Shown piece by piece: positions 23,906-36,907 of a DNA stretch of 64,000 nt. Numbering within the stretch: position 1 is the stretch's first letter; every line of letters begins with the position of its first letter. Below the pieces are notes generated by a model. That model was not told the origin of the DNA. It searched no databases and worked only from the letters and a program-made list of their open reading frames with translations. This DNA comes from Podarcis gaigeae (lineage: Eukaryota), in the NCBI GenBank assembly GCA_964106915.2, contig OZ066915.1. One strand, given 5' to 3'. The translations under genes were made by a program, and so were the position numbers.

Positions 23906-24976
23906 TTATTGAGACTTAACTCATTATATTTCTAGTAGTTTTATAGATTTTGACATATCTGCAAGAAAAAACCCATGTTTGGTGCTGTCTCATCAAGGTT
24001 ACTGCTTAACTGTTTGTGTCAACATTCAGGATAGAGGCCTATTTTACACAAAATACAACCTAACGATGCACTTAGTTCAATCCTCCAACACACTCACTTT
24101 TTAAAGTAACCCAGAAGTCACTTCAAAACTGAATTCATAATATGATAATTATATATACATTTTTCTCCAACAAGGTCGGGGAAGAATGAAATATTGTATT
24201 TCAGCTACAGATAATGTTGTCTTTTGCTGCTACTATTTTACAACTGCATTAGTAAGTTTTAAGATTTGTGTTTGTAGCAAAATTCAAAGAACTGCTGTTT
24301 AGACTGTAGTATAAAAGTGGTATATAAAGCTTTATAAGGAAATGCTGACTGTTCAAACATTATACGAAGCTTAACTAATTTTGGATGATATCTGAATTAA
24401 CAAGTCCATTTTTTAATCAGTCAGAAATCCATTAATTAGAAATTACAGTTATACTAACAACGACAGACAGTGATGTCTGAACTGATAAACCATAGCTGTG
24501 GCCATTGTTTCTCCTCCAGAATCTTTTAATTGCATTCTATCGGTTGTATCCAACACTATGAGAATGGATTTCTGCTCGCACAAGAGGACTTCTTCCTCTT
24601 CACCCCCAATGACTCCCCCAAAGCGAATTTACTCCTGAGGCTCTGGAGCAGATTTTGAGGGTGCATGGCAGGTGACAAGGGAGAGGAGGAAGGGGGGAGG
24701 TTCCATTGTGCAAGTGGACGTCTGTTGCCTACGTGGAATATGTAAACTGCTTTGAGGTTATAGATGATGAAGCGGTATATAAATCCTGTTTAAATAAAAT
24801 AAATAGATAACATAGGAGGGCAGAACAGATGAAAAATGAAAGCAGTCCAGTATCTCTAAAACATATATGCCTATACGTTTGGCTCAAATGACACTCTAAA
24901 ACATGGCTGGTGCAAACTATAGTTTGGTATGATGTCCGAGCTCAGCCAGCAATAATAGTAGAAGGCAGATACATAC

Positions 24977-25151
24977 ATTCTGGAGGAAGTCTGTTCTTTC
25001 TAAAGGCAAGCCTCTCAGTTTTTTTCCTGCTTTCTGCCAAACTGAACAGGACACCGTAAACATACTGACGAACTGGCCTATAAAGAAGAGCAGCAGGAGG
25101 CAGGTCTTTGTTTGCTTCATCTTCAATAGAAACTGCAATTTTAATTTCACC
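24977..25151 (-). CDS. FAM120A: FAM120A exon 10 (175 nt)
   Basis: tacag|GGT GAA ATT...GAA T|gtatgt; GEIKIAVSIEDEANKDLPPAALLYRPVRQYVYGVLFSLAE...NRLPPE. Confidence 0.96.
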
Positions 25152-25952
25152 CTGTACATGAACAAAATGATTAGTAGCATACAAACTCTTGCAGATTCCA
25201 GCATTAGTAGTAGTAGTCTAGCTCTCAGCACCTATTAGCTACGATAAAATGCACAATATAAAGAATCCACTCTGTGTTAAAGTCTTGGCTACATTTTTCA
25301 TAATAAAAACAATTCAAGACCTAAAATCTCATTGGTTGATTAACTGATTCATTTTTTTATCCAGTGTTCAGCCTGAGGACAGTTGCCTGGAGGACTTATT
25401 GATGCTGGTGCACACCAGTCACGAGAGAAGCACACTGAGATCAAGGTCCTAAAAACTGTAGACCTCAGGACCCACTGATGAATAACTGGTAAATTGTGAG
25501 GAAAAGAATGGTCCAGTTTTTCTCAACAGCATTAGGGGAAACAGGGTCTCTTCCACTACTGTGGAAGTACCCTGTTTATGTCATTTGGGTCAAGCCCAGC
25601 AGACTCTGTTGCCAGACATGAATAGGTTGATGGGGCAAGAAGTCAGAAACGCTATTAAATTATTTTAACATATACACGCTACAGAATCTTGGGAGTGCAA
25701 CAGCAGAAGGCATTCCAGTGCATACAAGAATCTTCACATCTCCCCTGATCCAAACAGATGGTTGGTATGGCATTTCAAAGGGAGAGGGGGGGGGGAGTTC
25801 TAAACATTTTTAGAAACCCCAAGAAAGGAAAGCTTTAGAAGCACCAGGGCTTCGGCTATGTTTGCACTAATTAATTAAAAGCAAGGGACAACAGCAAGCG
25901 TTCACCAATCCTTTTTGGATTCTGGTGCTACTTAAAACTCCGAAAACCTTAC

Positions 25953-26177
25953 CTTGGTTAGAACATGAAAGATGTAGGGATACATTAACCCCTTTTTGTG
26001 TCTGTGCTCTGCCACTCTTAATACTTCTGGTGCTACAGGTGGTAATGGAGGAGTGGTAATATCCATATGGTTCCTGGTGGGCATTGACAACAGACATGGG
26101 ATTTGTGCACTATTGACTTGGTTCCCTTTAGCTTCAGCTGCCTGGTTTCCTGAAGAAACAGTAGAGGAACCTTCTGC
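25953..26177 (-). CDS. FAM120A: FAM120A exon 9 (225 nt)
   Basis: tacag|GCA GAA GGT...ACC AAG|gtaagg; ...IPCLLSMPTRNHMDITTPPLPPVAPEVLRVAEHRHKKGLMYPYIFHVLTK. Confidence 0.96.
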
Positions 26178-26479
26178 CTGTAATAGACATAAAAAGTAAT
26201 CTATAACAGGAACATCTTCCTCTAGCTTTAAACGTGAAAGCTTTGCAACTAAATATCAAGCATCTCTAAGAGAAATTTTGAAAGTAAAATTTGAATATAC
26301 TTGCAAATGAAGTTAAAAGTCATATGCATGCATGCACAGAGCTCATTGCCCTTCAGGTGTCAAGAGCTTTTCAAATATCACCTTACAAAAGCAGTTTTTT
26401 ATTTTTAGAAAAATCACAGCATTCAACTGTGCATATAAAGTCTAATCAACACAGACTATAGTTTTAAGAAGGACTCTAC

Positions 26480-26567
26480 CTTTGTTTGGTCTCCTGGATC
26501 CCCACGTCCTTGATTTTCTGACTGGGTTCCTGTTTTCTCCCAGCGCAATTTGTTCCCACCAACATGA
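26480..26567 (-). CDS. FAM120A: FAM120A exon 8 (88 nt)
   Basis: cccag|T CAT GTT...ACA AAG|gtagag; HVGGNKLRWEKTGTQSENQGRGDPGDQTK; needed to keep phase between exons 7 and 9. Confidence 0.93.
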
Positions 26568-27218
26568 CTGGGGGGGGGGGGGGAAGAATGCCACACTATT
26601 TTTATTTTCAGAATTATAATTCAAAGGTACTGTTAAATAGTATCAAGATAAACACACACACCCCCTGTGTATTTGCAGTTTGTTTTCACGTTCAATTCAA
26701 AGTGTTTTTTGACCTTTAGCATACCTTCATGGTTTGAGTGGAGGGCACCAGGGATATCATGTTTCTCCACATGCAACTGCCCATGTGCTAAGGTTTTCAG
26801 CAAAGGTCCTTTTCTAGGTTTGCTTCCACCTGGAAGAAAGCCTGTGGTGCCAAAATACTTTCTCCAGGACGTCTCATCTGGTGCTTAACACTAATGTCAA
26901 GTGCTACACAAAGAGCTTTTCTGTTTCCCCAGGCATTTTAATTTGGCTTAAGTGCAGCTGTTCTTTTAGAACTGCTGCTTTTAATGTACTTGTTGTATGT
27001 TTTAATTATATCATGTTATTTCATCTTGGATTTTTGTAAGCATCCGTGGGAATTTATTAAAAGGATGGAACAAAAATAAGATTGTTGCATAAGTTCATTG
27101 TTAGGGGTGATACTTGCACCCTAAGTTGTGTAAAGTTGACAGGTGAACAGCAACTTACCTGATGGCCTATGGCAAGTAAGAGTAGTCTCCAGGGGACCAG
27201 GCAATGAAGTTTTATATA

Positions 27219-27464
27219 CAGTGTTACCTCTGGATGTAAACAGGATCCGTTCCAGAGCCCCCTTCGCATCCTGAGTAGAACGTAACACACGACTGCACGT
27301 CTGCGGGTCGCATTTCGCTGCTTCCGCGCATTACATCATTTTGAGCGTCTGCGCATGCGCGAGCAGCGAAACCCGGAAGTAACGCGTTCCGTTACTTCCG
27401 GGTCGCCGCGGAGCATAACCTGAAAACGCTCAACCTGAAGCATATTTAACCCGAGGTATGACTG
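27219..27464. mobile_element. Tc1/mariner-pogo MITE (intron 7)
   Basis: TA-CAGTGTTACCTC...GAGGTATGACTG-TA; CpG-rich with an internal palindrome. Confidence 0.85.
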
Positions 27465-27799
27465 TATATTCAAAAGAGCCCCCCCCCCCCCCTTTTAGGT
27501 GAAAAATGGCTAACATAGGCACATGCACATACCAGTAAAAATTGGGCTACTAACCTTCTAACTGATATAAACTAATTTCTGAAATAAGTCTTCACTCTCT
27601 TTAGCCAACCAGGGGAAATTGGGAAGCCAAATACTGTTGCCTCTGCTCTCTACCTATTTCACAAATCAATCATTTTAAAGGATCCAACACTTAACATTGT
27701 CTGGTATGAGCTTATACACTTCCTACCCTGCACATCATACACACAACTAATAAACATTGTTGTAGCAAATATTTAATAACCTCTACACCTTGGCAGATA

Positions 27800-28161
27800 G
27801 GGACGCAGGTGGCGCTGTGGGTTAAAGCCTCAGCGCCTAGGACTTGCCGATCGAAAGGTCGGCGGTTCGAATCCCTGCGGCGGGGTGCGCTCCCGCTGCT
27901 CGGTCCCAGCGCCTGCCAACCTAGCAGTTCGAAAGCACCTCCGGGTGCAAGTAGATAAATAGGTACCGCTCCGGTGGGAAGGTAAACGGCGTTTCCGTGT
28001 GCGGCTCTGGCTCGCCAGATGCAGCTTTGTCACGCTGGCCACGTGACCCGGAAGTGTCTCCGGACAGCGCTGGCCCTTGGCCTCTTAAGTGAGATGGGCG
28101 CACAACCCCAGAGTCTGTCAAGACTGGCCCGTACGGGCAGGGGTACCTTTACCTTTTACCT
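27800..28161 (+). mobile_element. Sauria SINE, full length, young
   Basis: Intact A/B boxes, ACCTTT-type tail, perfect 16-bp TSD TACACCTTGGCAGATA (27784-27799 / 28162-28177). Confidence 0.95.
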
Positions 28162-28389
28162 TACACCTTGGCAGATACAAGATTAGTTTACTTTTTAAAT
28201 TTTGTTCATTTATCTGAAAATATTTCTGTGCCACCAGCATTAACAAAACAAAGACAAAATACATTACAATTAAGTAGATCACATCAACTGAATATAGAAA
28301 CAATAGCAGGTGCAGGAACATTTCTCTGTGACAGTAAATTCAAAGACGCTACTAGCAACTTTCTTGCTAGAAACACCTGATGTACTTAC

Positions 28390-28673
28390 TTCACAGCGCC
28401 GCCACTGCCTTCATCATTGTCTGAAGATGATGATGTAGAAGAGGCAGGAAAGTATGTTGAATCTACATGATTGGGGCTCCCACTCTGAGCTGGGTTTATT
28501 GGAGAGGATCGTTCATATAGTGGTGTATGTTTTCCTTCATGAGGAATGTTGCTGTAGTTGTTCTGCTCAGAAATATTTTTCCCACCTGCATCCAAGGTGA
28601 TGGCTGGTTCCGAGAGGCTATAGGGATATGGACCCTGACCTTGGGTATTACCTTGACTAGACATATGCTGGGC
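28390..28673 (-). CDS. FAM120A: FAM120A exon 7 (284 nt)
   Basis: tttag|GCC CAG CAT...GTG AA|gtaagt; ...GPYPYSLSEP...EGKHTPLYERSSPINPAQSGSPNHVDS...DNDEGSGG. Confidence 0.96.
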
Positions 28674-28825
28674 CTAAAGGGGAGGAAATTATATCATAAA
28701 TTATAGCTGCTTCTTCATAAATCAGAGCAAACTGCTCATAACTCTATATATGCGCAACACACATTTCTCAAAAACAATTGAAGAGTGCTGGTGGGGAGAA
28801 AGCAGAAAAAGCAGAGTATACTTGC

Positions 28826-28923
28826 CACATGTTTTGCTTGGAGAGGGGTCTGTGGAATGTTAAGCATCTGAGCAGAGACATACGGTGGCACTATACCCGG
28901 CATTCCAAATTGATTTGGTCTGG
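28826..28923 (-). CDS. FAM120A: FAM120A exon 6 (98 nt, GC donor)
   Basis: aatag|CC AGA CCA...CAT GTG|gcaagt; ARPNQFGMPGIVPPYVSAQMLNIPQTPLQAKHV. Confidence 0.9.
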
Positions 28924-31457
28924 CTATTACAGGAAAAATCAAAACAAATTCAGTCTCATGCACAGCCTGGCCAGAGTTGCATTTTAGGTGAATCCTCAAT
29001 AGGAAAAAGTAATCATGTAAGAACAAATGCCTGATATTAGGCTTTTGTTCTTTAAAGCTTTGACCTCATTTCCTATAGTACAGGTTACTTCAACACACAC
29101 TGACTGTCAGTTTTGTTTCATTTTCTGCCTCTCTCAGGAGACACATTCACTTCCTCCTAGTCTGATCATTTATTTGTTCTTTCCACTATCTGTTCCTGTT
29201 CTGTTTATGTTACAGTCACTCCCACCATTTTAGTATCCATTGTTTACTTTCTATATCCCCGCAGAACAGGAAGTGCAGCAATTTTAATTCTGCATCCAGT
29301 TCTGAAGTGGTTTGTTTTTAATATCCTCAGTTCGTGCGCAACACGCAAGAACAGAAGAACAAATATGAAATCTTTGAAGTCTTTTCTCACTTTAACCAGG
29401 ATACTCTCTCAGCAACAAGTTATTAAGAAGTCTTTTTGATTGGTAACACATTTCTCTCTGTCGGTCAGAAATCAAGACTTGAAGAGAGTCAGGCACATGA
29501 AGGTGGATACGTCATGTAAGAGGAAACCAAGTTCAAACAACACTTTACAGCCATTAATATATCTGCTTTCAATTAGTCTAATGAAGACTTGTTATGTAGG
29601 ATTTCTCCAGAAGAGAGAGAACTGATTTCTATATGTTACCCATCAACCTGGGAGATAGAAAATTAAAACTAAAATCTGTACCATTTTGACAAGATAGCTT
29701 ATCTCAGAATAGGTAGGTTACTGTGTGGCTGTCTTGGCGTAAAAAGGCAAGTCTTGCAGCACTTACTATTCTGTGTGATCAAGCCCAAATTATTGTGATT
29801 TCCACAGCAAACTGAGGTGAGGTGACATCACTTCAGAAGAGACAAAACCCAGTTCCACAGATGGGGAACTGACATTTATCCAGATGGTGTTTTGCCCCAG
29901 TTCCAAGCATTTTCTATTTTAAAAACTATTTCGCTAATGCAACAAATGTTACCTTTATTAAAAGTTCTAGTTTTAGATTTCCATATGGTTACATGTGTAG
30001 ACTAGAACAGTTACTTATGACAAATGACCACAGTGCTCTTCTACCTCTTTAATAGGGCTGTACACTGCATTCAGACAAATTCCAAAGCATAGAGGAATGC
30101 CTTGTCAGTGGTAAAGCAGGATTTGTACGAGACACCAAGGGTGAAGTGGGGATCCCTGGAAATGCATCACGGTAGCTCATCAAAAAAGGCATTTTAAAAA
30201 ACCCTACAGGATGTGTGTCTGCTGAATGCTAAAATAGTATCTCTATGCTTATCATGAAACCAGAGTGGAATGATGGGTTGGGCTGGAATTAAAGAGGAAA
30301 AAGTTTATATAGCCCCCCCCCCCTCTTTTTTTTGCCTTTCCAATAGCTATCTGGGTGGTGAGCAGATTGAATGAACCCAAAGCTGAACTGGGCACCCTAT
30401 AAAGCATCTTGGATAGAAGTGGGCTGTTTCCCAAATCAGGGGCCAAACTGAATAATGTAGTTGGTGCACACCACTAACATTTTCAGAAATAGTTAAGACT
30501 AGTCTCAGGATTTGTGTATAATAATCTGATGTAAAACTTATCCAGGATAAAGTTAGTTGTAAGTTCTTTAGATCTTGTTTTGGAAGCAAAATTCACTTTG
30601 CTGAAAGGAATTTCTGCACAAAGAGACACACTGGCACATATGCACACTCTCTCTTACACACAAGAACATTTCAAAATAGGATGCTATCCTGGAGGAGAAA
30701 AGCAAGCAATAACCTCACCCAAGAATCCCCCTTCTAACCAGCTGCATTTCCAAATCTGCATCAAATATTGCCATGTACGTGGCAAAGAAGCGGTCAGAGC
30801 AGAGCCTTCCACACTGTGTATCGTGACATTTTAGTGTGTCGGCTACAGTGTGTAGGTGTGTCACACAAACACTCCCTGAACTCCTCCCAGGGTTAGTTTG
30901 CTAGTAAAACTGCATTACTGCATCGCAAAATGATCCATGTCTAAAAAGTATGCCACCAACATGAAAAGATTGGAAAGCTCTGGGTCAGAGGCATTAAACC
31001 ACAGAGAAAAGGTCCACAGCAGACAATGACCATGTCTGGGTGCAACACTGGCTTCAGCACTCACACTCTGATCCCCCAGTGGGGAAGCAAACCACAGACT
31101 AGCTGGCTTAATGTTATGTCCAAGCCAGAGCTTGTGACTAACCACAGCAGAGAAGCCAACATCTGCTTGTGCACAAGCTAATCTGCCAATAAGTAACATC
31201 AATTTCAACTGACCAGAACTTCTCTGACAGCCGCGAGTAGAACACTTAGAGCAGACACAAGAGCGCTTGCTAGGTACCACAGCTGGGTCAGATTACCTAC
31301 TGATCCAGGATATCAAAATGAAATCTGACTGATTCAATAGGCTAAATGTTGTACGATTTCTCTATTGTGTCCCATCTCCTCCCTGGTGTAGTCATCTCCT
31401 ACTGTTTAACCAAATTCTCAGTAGCATACTCAACTCAAAGCAAGTTTCAACACTTAC

Positions 31458-31554
31458 CTAGGTAGTGTGGTGGATGAAATGGCATAGGCTTATTGGTTGC
31501 TGAATAATATGCAACTGCTCTCTTAAATCGTTTAACCTTGTCATCCGTTCTAGA
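31458..31554 (-). CDS. FAM120A: FAM120A exon 5 (97 nt)
   Basis: tttag|TCT AGA ACG...CTA G|gtaagt; SRTDDKVKRFKRAVAYYSATNKPMPFHPPHYL. Confidence 0.96.
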
Positions 31555-32538
31555 CTAAAAGACATATTAAAAGCTTTATTAAAATTACACACACACAAAC
31601 TAGTATTCTCATTTCTCAAACTTTTATGGGCATATAGACAAGATTGCAGTAAGGTTCAGTACAATAAAATCTCTCAGCAAAATCTACATCTAACTATTAA
31701 ATTAAGGTTGTATAACATTCACAAATCTTCACTGTATGTTGCAGAAACCTGACTACTATCTCCATCTTATCCCTATCCTGAGTAAACGTAAGGCTAACTT
31801 ACATTCATCTGAATGCCACTCCCCGCTAACAAAAAATCAGTGCACAACTGATGCATGTGCAGTGCAAAAGAACATGCACAACTGATTTTATATGACTCTG
31901 TCCTCAGGGGCATAGTCTCTCTGCGAGTGGTATTTTATGGAATCTCCCTACAGTATTGCCAAAGGTGGCACATTCAGTCTTGCTAGCATGTATGCCCTGT
32001 GTTGATTCAGGTTGGTCCAATGGGAGATATGTAGCTACTGGCTCCTCACATTGCACCATCCCTAGACTTGCACAGAAGCTGTTCCTGATTTTACTACTAA
32101 GTTCTTGAAATTCGTTGTCTAACAATCTGCATTTAATTATCTCAAATGCAGGATTTTCTGATAAGCAGTACAGGGAGTCTAGAGAGATTCCTATCTGTTG
32201 TTTTCCCCCCTCCAACCCTCTTAACCATCCCAATGATTAGTATTCCGCTAGCATGGTCACAACACCACTGTTAGGTTCAGGCCTATAATGCAACCACAAC
32301 CAAAACTGAAATGTTAGTAGCCATGCTTGTGTTACTAAAAGTCTTTGGTGTTAACATTGCCATAAAGCTGTACCTGGTATTATGGAAATTTACAGAACCC
32401 AAAAAAGCAAACCCAAGTTACACATCCTCGGACATGACAATGATAAGAGAGAATAGTGATAGGCAGGCAGGAAGTTGATTATTTGTGCAATTGTATTTTA
32501 AAATGAGTCTACACCTATGATCTTTGTTCCTTCCTTAC

Positions 32539-32667
32539 CTGTGAATGTTGAAAGACATCTTTAGCTATGGCATCCAAATCAGAAGTGTCCTGAATATTGC
32601 GGACATAGTCAGCTACAGCTTTGATCACTACATCACAGGGTGGTAAAACTAACTGGTGTGCTCGTAC
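32539..32667 (-). CDS. FAM120A: FAM120A exon 4 (129 nt)
   Basis: tctag|GTA CGA GCA...TCA CAG|gtaagg; VRAHQLVLPPCDVVIKAVADYVRNIQDTSDLDAIAKDVFQHSQ. Confidence 0.97.
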
Positions 32668-35600
32668 CTAGAAACACAAACACACGTTAAAATGCCACAG
32701 CAGCTCCCTAACACAGCTCAGTTTTGTAGCTAGTAAGCAGATTTTAGTAAGCTAAAATTCCACCGTAAAATATGTTAACGAGTAATTCTACCAACACAAA
32801 CAGAATTTAAAAGCTTGTATATCTCAGATAGTGACCAATTTCTGAGGAGACTTTTAAAAGAAAGAAAGATCTCAAAAATATTCTGAATATGAAGAGTTAT
32901 TACATGTCTGTTCAGCAAATGAGATGTCTACATCTAAATATGCAGCAATTTCTTTAGTAATTAAGTGGCAGCCACTGAAGCATTTCCATAAAGGATGTGT
33001 GAGCATAATCAAGTGGAAGCCAAGGTTTTCAAGCTAATGGCAACAAGTAGGAAGAAGAAATGTATAATTAAATGGAAACATGGGAAGAGTAATTTGGGAG
33101 GAGTTTGCAAAGTGGATAAAGGTAAATGATTTTAAATTGATTTTATAATTCTAATTATGTGGTGTCTTTCCTGAAATAACCTGGTTTAAAATGAAATCTA
33201 AATACAAAGCATGTTAAAATCTACTTGTCTCTTTAAAATGAATTGTGGCCTGATAGCAAACACATCTTAAATAAGCTATTTTTCTAATAAAGCAAGAATT
33301 ACAGGGACAAATGTCTAACTTCCGAAGTTGAGAAAATGGCACAATGAACTATTTAATTATTATTTGTTACTATGGCCTAACAAGAGTTTAGCAGGCCATC
33401 ACAGGTGCTGGAAGCTAGGAGATGCTAGTCCACATTTTACCCAGCATTCCAACAGCCCACATGGGTGACCTTGTGCAAATGTTTTGCTACACGAACTTTG
33501 CAATGTATTTCTTTTCAAATTATGGCACTGTAACCAACAGAATGGTTTCCATGATCTCATGGAAACTCGTTGGGTTTTTTTTGCATACGTACTACCGACC
33601 AGCCTTGCTTTTGGAAGTTCCAGACACTTACAACTCAGTCCTACGCCTATTTACTAGGAAGTATTGTTGTACAAAAACTTTGTTACAAATAACTGTGCAT
33701 ACAATTTCAGCTGCAGACAAGTGTTCTTCCTTTGCTTCCTTGAGCACATACAAAGAGGACTAAGCTGCTTTTCTCGAAGTAGTTCCAATTCTGCAATTGA
33801 TGCAGACTATGTGGTAAAAGATTTTGGATTATATTGAATTGCAAACGAACGCATTAATTATTGTAGCAATCAGATAGCATGCATGCTTGCCCAGGAAATA
33901 TATTAATTTCACAACAAGAAATCCGATTTAAATCAATGCACCCTTGGACAAGTGTGTATTAAGGTAAATGTCAAACTATGAACCTCTGACATTTACTAGG
34001 AGTTCTTAACATTTTAGGGAGCCAGTGGAATATTTCAGACAATTCTGACATTAGTGGAAGTATTTTAAAGCCAACCAAGTGTCTTTGACCAAAGACATTC
34101 TTGTTTCAATAATTCATTGATAATGTCCAGAGTAAGTTTTGTGGGAAATTGTTCAAATATTTGCAAATAATGGGAGAGAAAGGAGGATGAAATTTGGTCA
34201 CTGTCAGAAAAAAGCACTCAGTTTGCCTTAAGATTCTTTGATTGGTGGCATGCATCTGTCTCAGAGAGAGAGTGGAGAAGTGCGTTTTTGGACTCCTTGA
34301 AAATTTCACAGTTTACTATTTCCTATGGACCTCCAAAGACTTTAAGGATTACCAATAAACATCGGCATTCACTGAACTTCTTATGCTTACTGCAACATAT
34401 ACATTAGCTCAACGTTGGTAAAGTCTCTGGCTTTTATTTGCACAACTTCCACAAAAATATACTTTAAAAGATTGATTTCAGCATTCATTTAAAAAATTTC
34501 CTTCATTTCCATACAGGCATCCTATGTGAACAGCCCTGAGATATTTTGATGGAAGGTAGTATAAAAATCGATCAAATAATGAAAGTAATAATAATAGTAA
34601 TAATATAAGCAAGCTTCACTTTAATCAGTTGAGCTTACTCCTAAGTACATATGCATAGGATTGCAGCCTAAAAAATAACTAGCCATATTCATGTTATTCC
34701 CAACACAACAACAACAAGGAAGATTTTAAAGAATTTACCATGCTCTAGATGCCATATAACAAATTTCTTTGAACTATGCAACAATTTTGTTTAATTAAAA
34801 GCATTCAATTCATTATCAGCATTTGTACTTTATTATAGTGCTTCACTACAGTGTTTTATTTAAACATTTTGGGTGTTGTTGTTTTAATAAAAGAGTGGGA
34901 TCTACACTTATTACTAAAACAAACCTACAAATAGTTCAAGGTGAGGTTCCATGGTCTAATATCATCAATGCTTTTTCCTGGAAATCTACTGATTTCAGAG
35001 AACTTAATCTAAACAAATATGCTAATCTTGTGGTGGCAACTTAAGTCTCTTAGTACTCGACAAAGCTAAAATGTTAAGTTTACATTACATTTCCATCATG
35101 ACAACAGTGGAGGTCTTAGTTGCTTAAAGAGTGTCCTAAAAGTAATGGGCACTAATGACATAACAAGCTCCATCAGTGCAAGCCCTGCACTTGGACTTCT
35201 GCTTGCACAATGGGGGTTTTCCCTCCTCTCTTCCCCCACTGAAACTGGCTTGGGTTGGTCTGGAGAATGCCTAGAACAGCACACAGGGGAGGAGAGGGGA
35301 GACTGTTCCATCTGAGAAGCAGCAATGCCTGTGCTGATGGGACATTCACCGCAGCACGGTGTTGGATTCCATCCAATATCCTAAGACATAGAGGAGTCTG
35401 GAAAAGTCAGTTTTAGCCAGCATAACTGCCAAAAGAAGTTTGGTTTAATTCATTTAAACTGTAGGTCATCTTATTGCAAGAACAGAGAAACAAGCAGTAA
35501 CACAATAATTGTTAACTTATCATACAGTACGCCTTTAAAACTCCAGCAACTGCTTGGTTCTGATCACTATAAGCTAGACCAATTGAAAACATATTTTAAT

Positions 35601-35975
35601 GCTTCTGAAAGCTTTAGCAAATCTCCAGCAGAAGAAAACTCCATAGGTGGTTGAACAGTCACCAGGAATACCTTTCTCTGCATCACTGCCACATGGATTC
35701 TGCACATGTATGGTATAGAGTGAGGTAAGAGTTCTGAGTTAATCATAGAAAGATTGTTACATGATGTAAGAAATGACTCATACTCTTCATCATTATAAAT
35801 CCAATACATTTCAAAAGCTCTGCACATCTGGGCTTGCGCATATGAATTGGCGCAGGAAACGAAGAGCCAGTACAGGAGAGAGAATTAGAGTCAAGTGATG
35901 TGTGCCAATTAGAATGCAGGAGGCTGCACCTCTATGTGAATGGAAGCAATTTCAAGAGAAGCCCTATATGGCCAA

Positions 35976-36167
35976 GGGGAGGGACCATAGTTAAGTGGCA
36001 GAGGACATGTTTTTCATGTCAAAGGCCCCGGTTTAATGTCCAGCAGCTCCAGCTAAAGGGTCTTAGGAAGCAGGGCCATACCCAAGAGCTTGGAAAACAG
36101 TTGCCAGGGCAGGAACTCTGGGGCCAGATGGATCACCATTCTGACCCGGTATAATGCAGCTTCATGT
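35976..36167 (+). mobile_element. Degenerate tRNA-derived SINE (Squam2-like)
   Basis: GGGGAGGGACCATAGTTAAGTGGCAGAG head; tail CTGACCCGGTATAATGCAGCTTCATGT. Confidence 0.6.
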
Positions 36168-36718
36168 CTGGCATTCAGTCTTGGACAGATTGTTACAGAT
36201 ACAACCACACGGCAGCAGCCACTCAAGAGTGATTTTATTAGGAATCTTTAACAGTGATGCTCAAATAGCAGCCCAGCAAGTGTTTTTGAAATGAAGCTGC
36301 ATAAAAGGCAACGTCTCACTTTCGGTCAAGCTAACAGAAGCCTGGAACCAGACAAAAACATATTTAGTAGGGCTGCTTAGCAAAAAAAAAAAAAAAAAAT
36401 GGTTTAAGATATGCTGCTCCAACTGCCTTTCTGCTTTTCGGTACAAAGGGAGGGTTTGGGTGATTGTATCTCTGCTTAATAAGCCAAGATAGGAATATGC
36501 CTCTTGCTCATGCATGCAACCAGCAAACGAAACAGGAAGTTTTAACTACAGTATTGACTATAGAGTTTTCCATTTAATCACAGTTTTCCCCATCTGGATC
36601 AACAGCTTTGGAATAAGCCAGGATATTAAACCAACTTCAAAACAGTGCTTGAATATCCCAGCCTGCTTTGAAATTGATAACTATAGTTTCCCAGTTCAGG
36701 TTCAACAGGAAACTTGTG

Positions 36719-36907
36719 CACAGGAACACAGGAAGCCGACATATACTGAATGGGGTCAACAGTCCACCTAGCTTAGTATTGTTTCTACTGCCAGGCAGTG
36801 CCAGGCACAGTTTCAGAGAGGAAGTCTCTCCCAGCCCTACCTGGAGATGCCAGGGATTGAAGCTGGGACTTTTTGAATGCTCTACCACTGAGCTACAGCC
36901 CTTCCCC
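36719..36907 (-). mobile_element. Degenerate tRNA-derived SINE (Squam2-like)
   Basis: Minus strand reads GGGGAAGGGCTGTAGCTCAGTGGTAGAGCATT...TTCAATCCCTGGCATCTCCAGGTAGGGCTGGGA. Confidence 0.7.

Noticed and set aside
281-36907. tRNA-like A/B boxes at several sites as tRNA genes
   Set aside because: Each continues into a SINE body and tail, often with TSDs; they are SINE heads.
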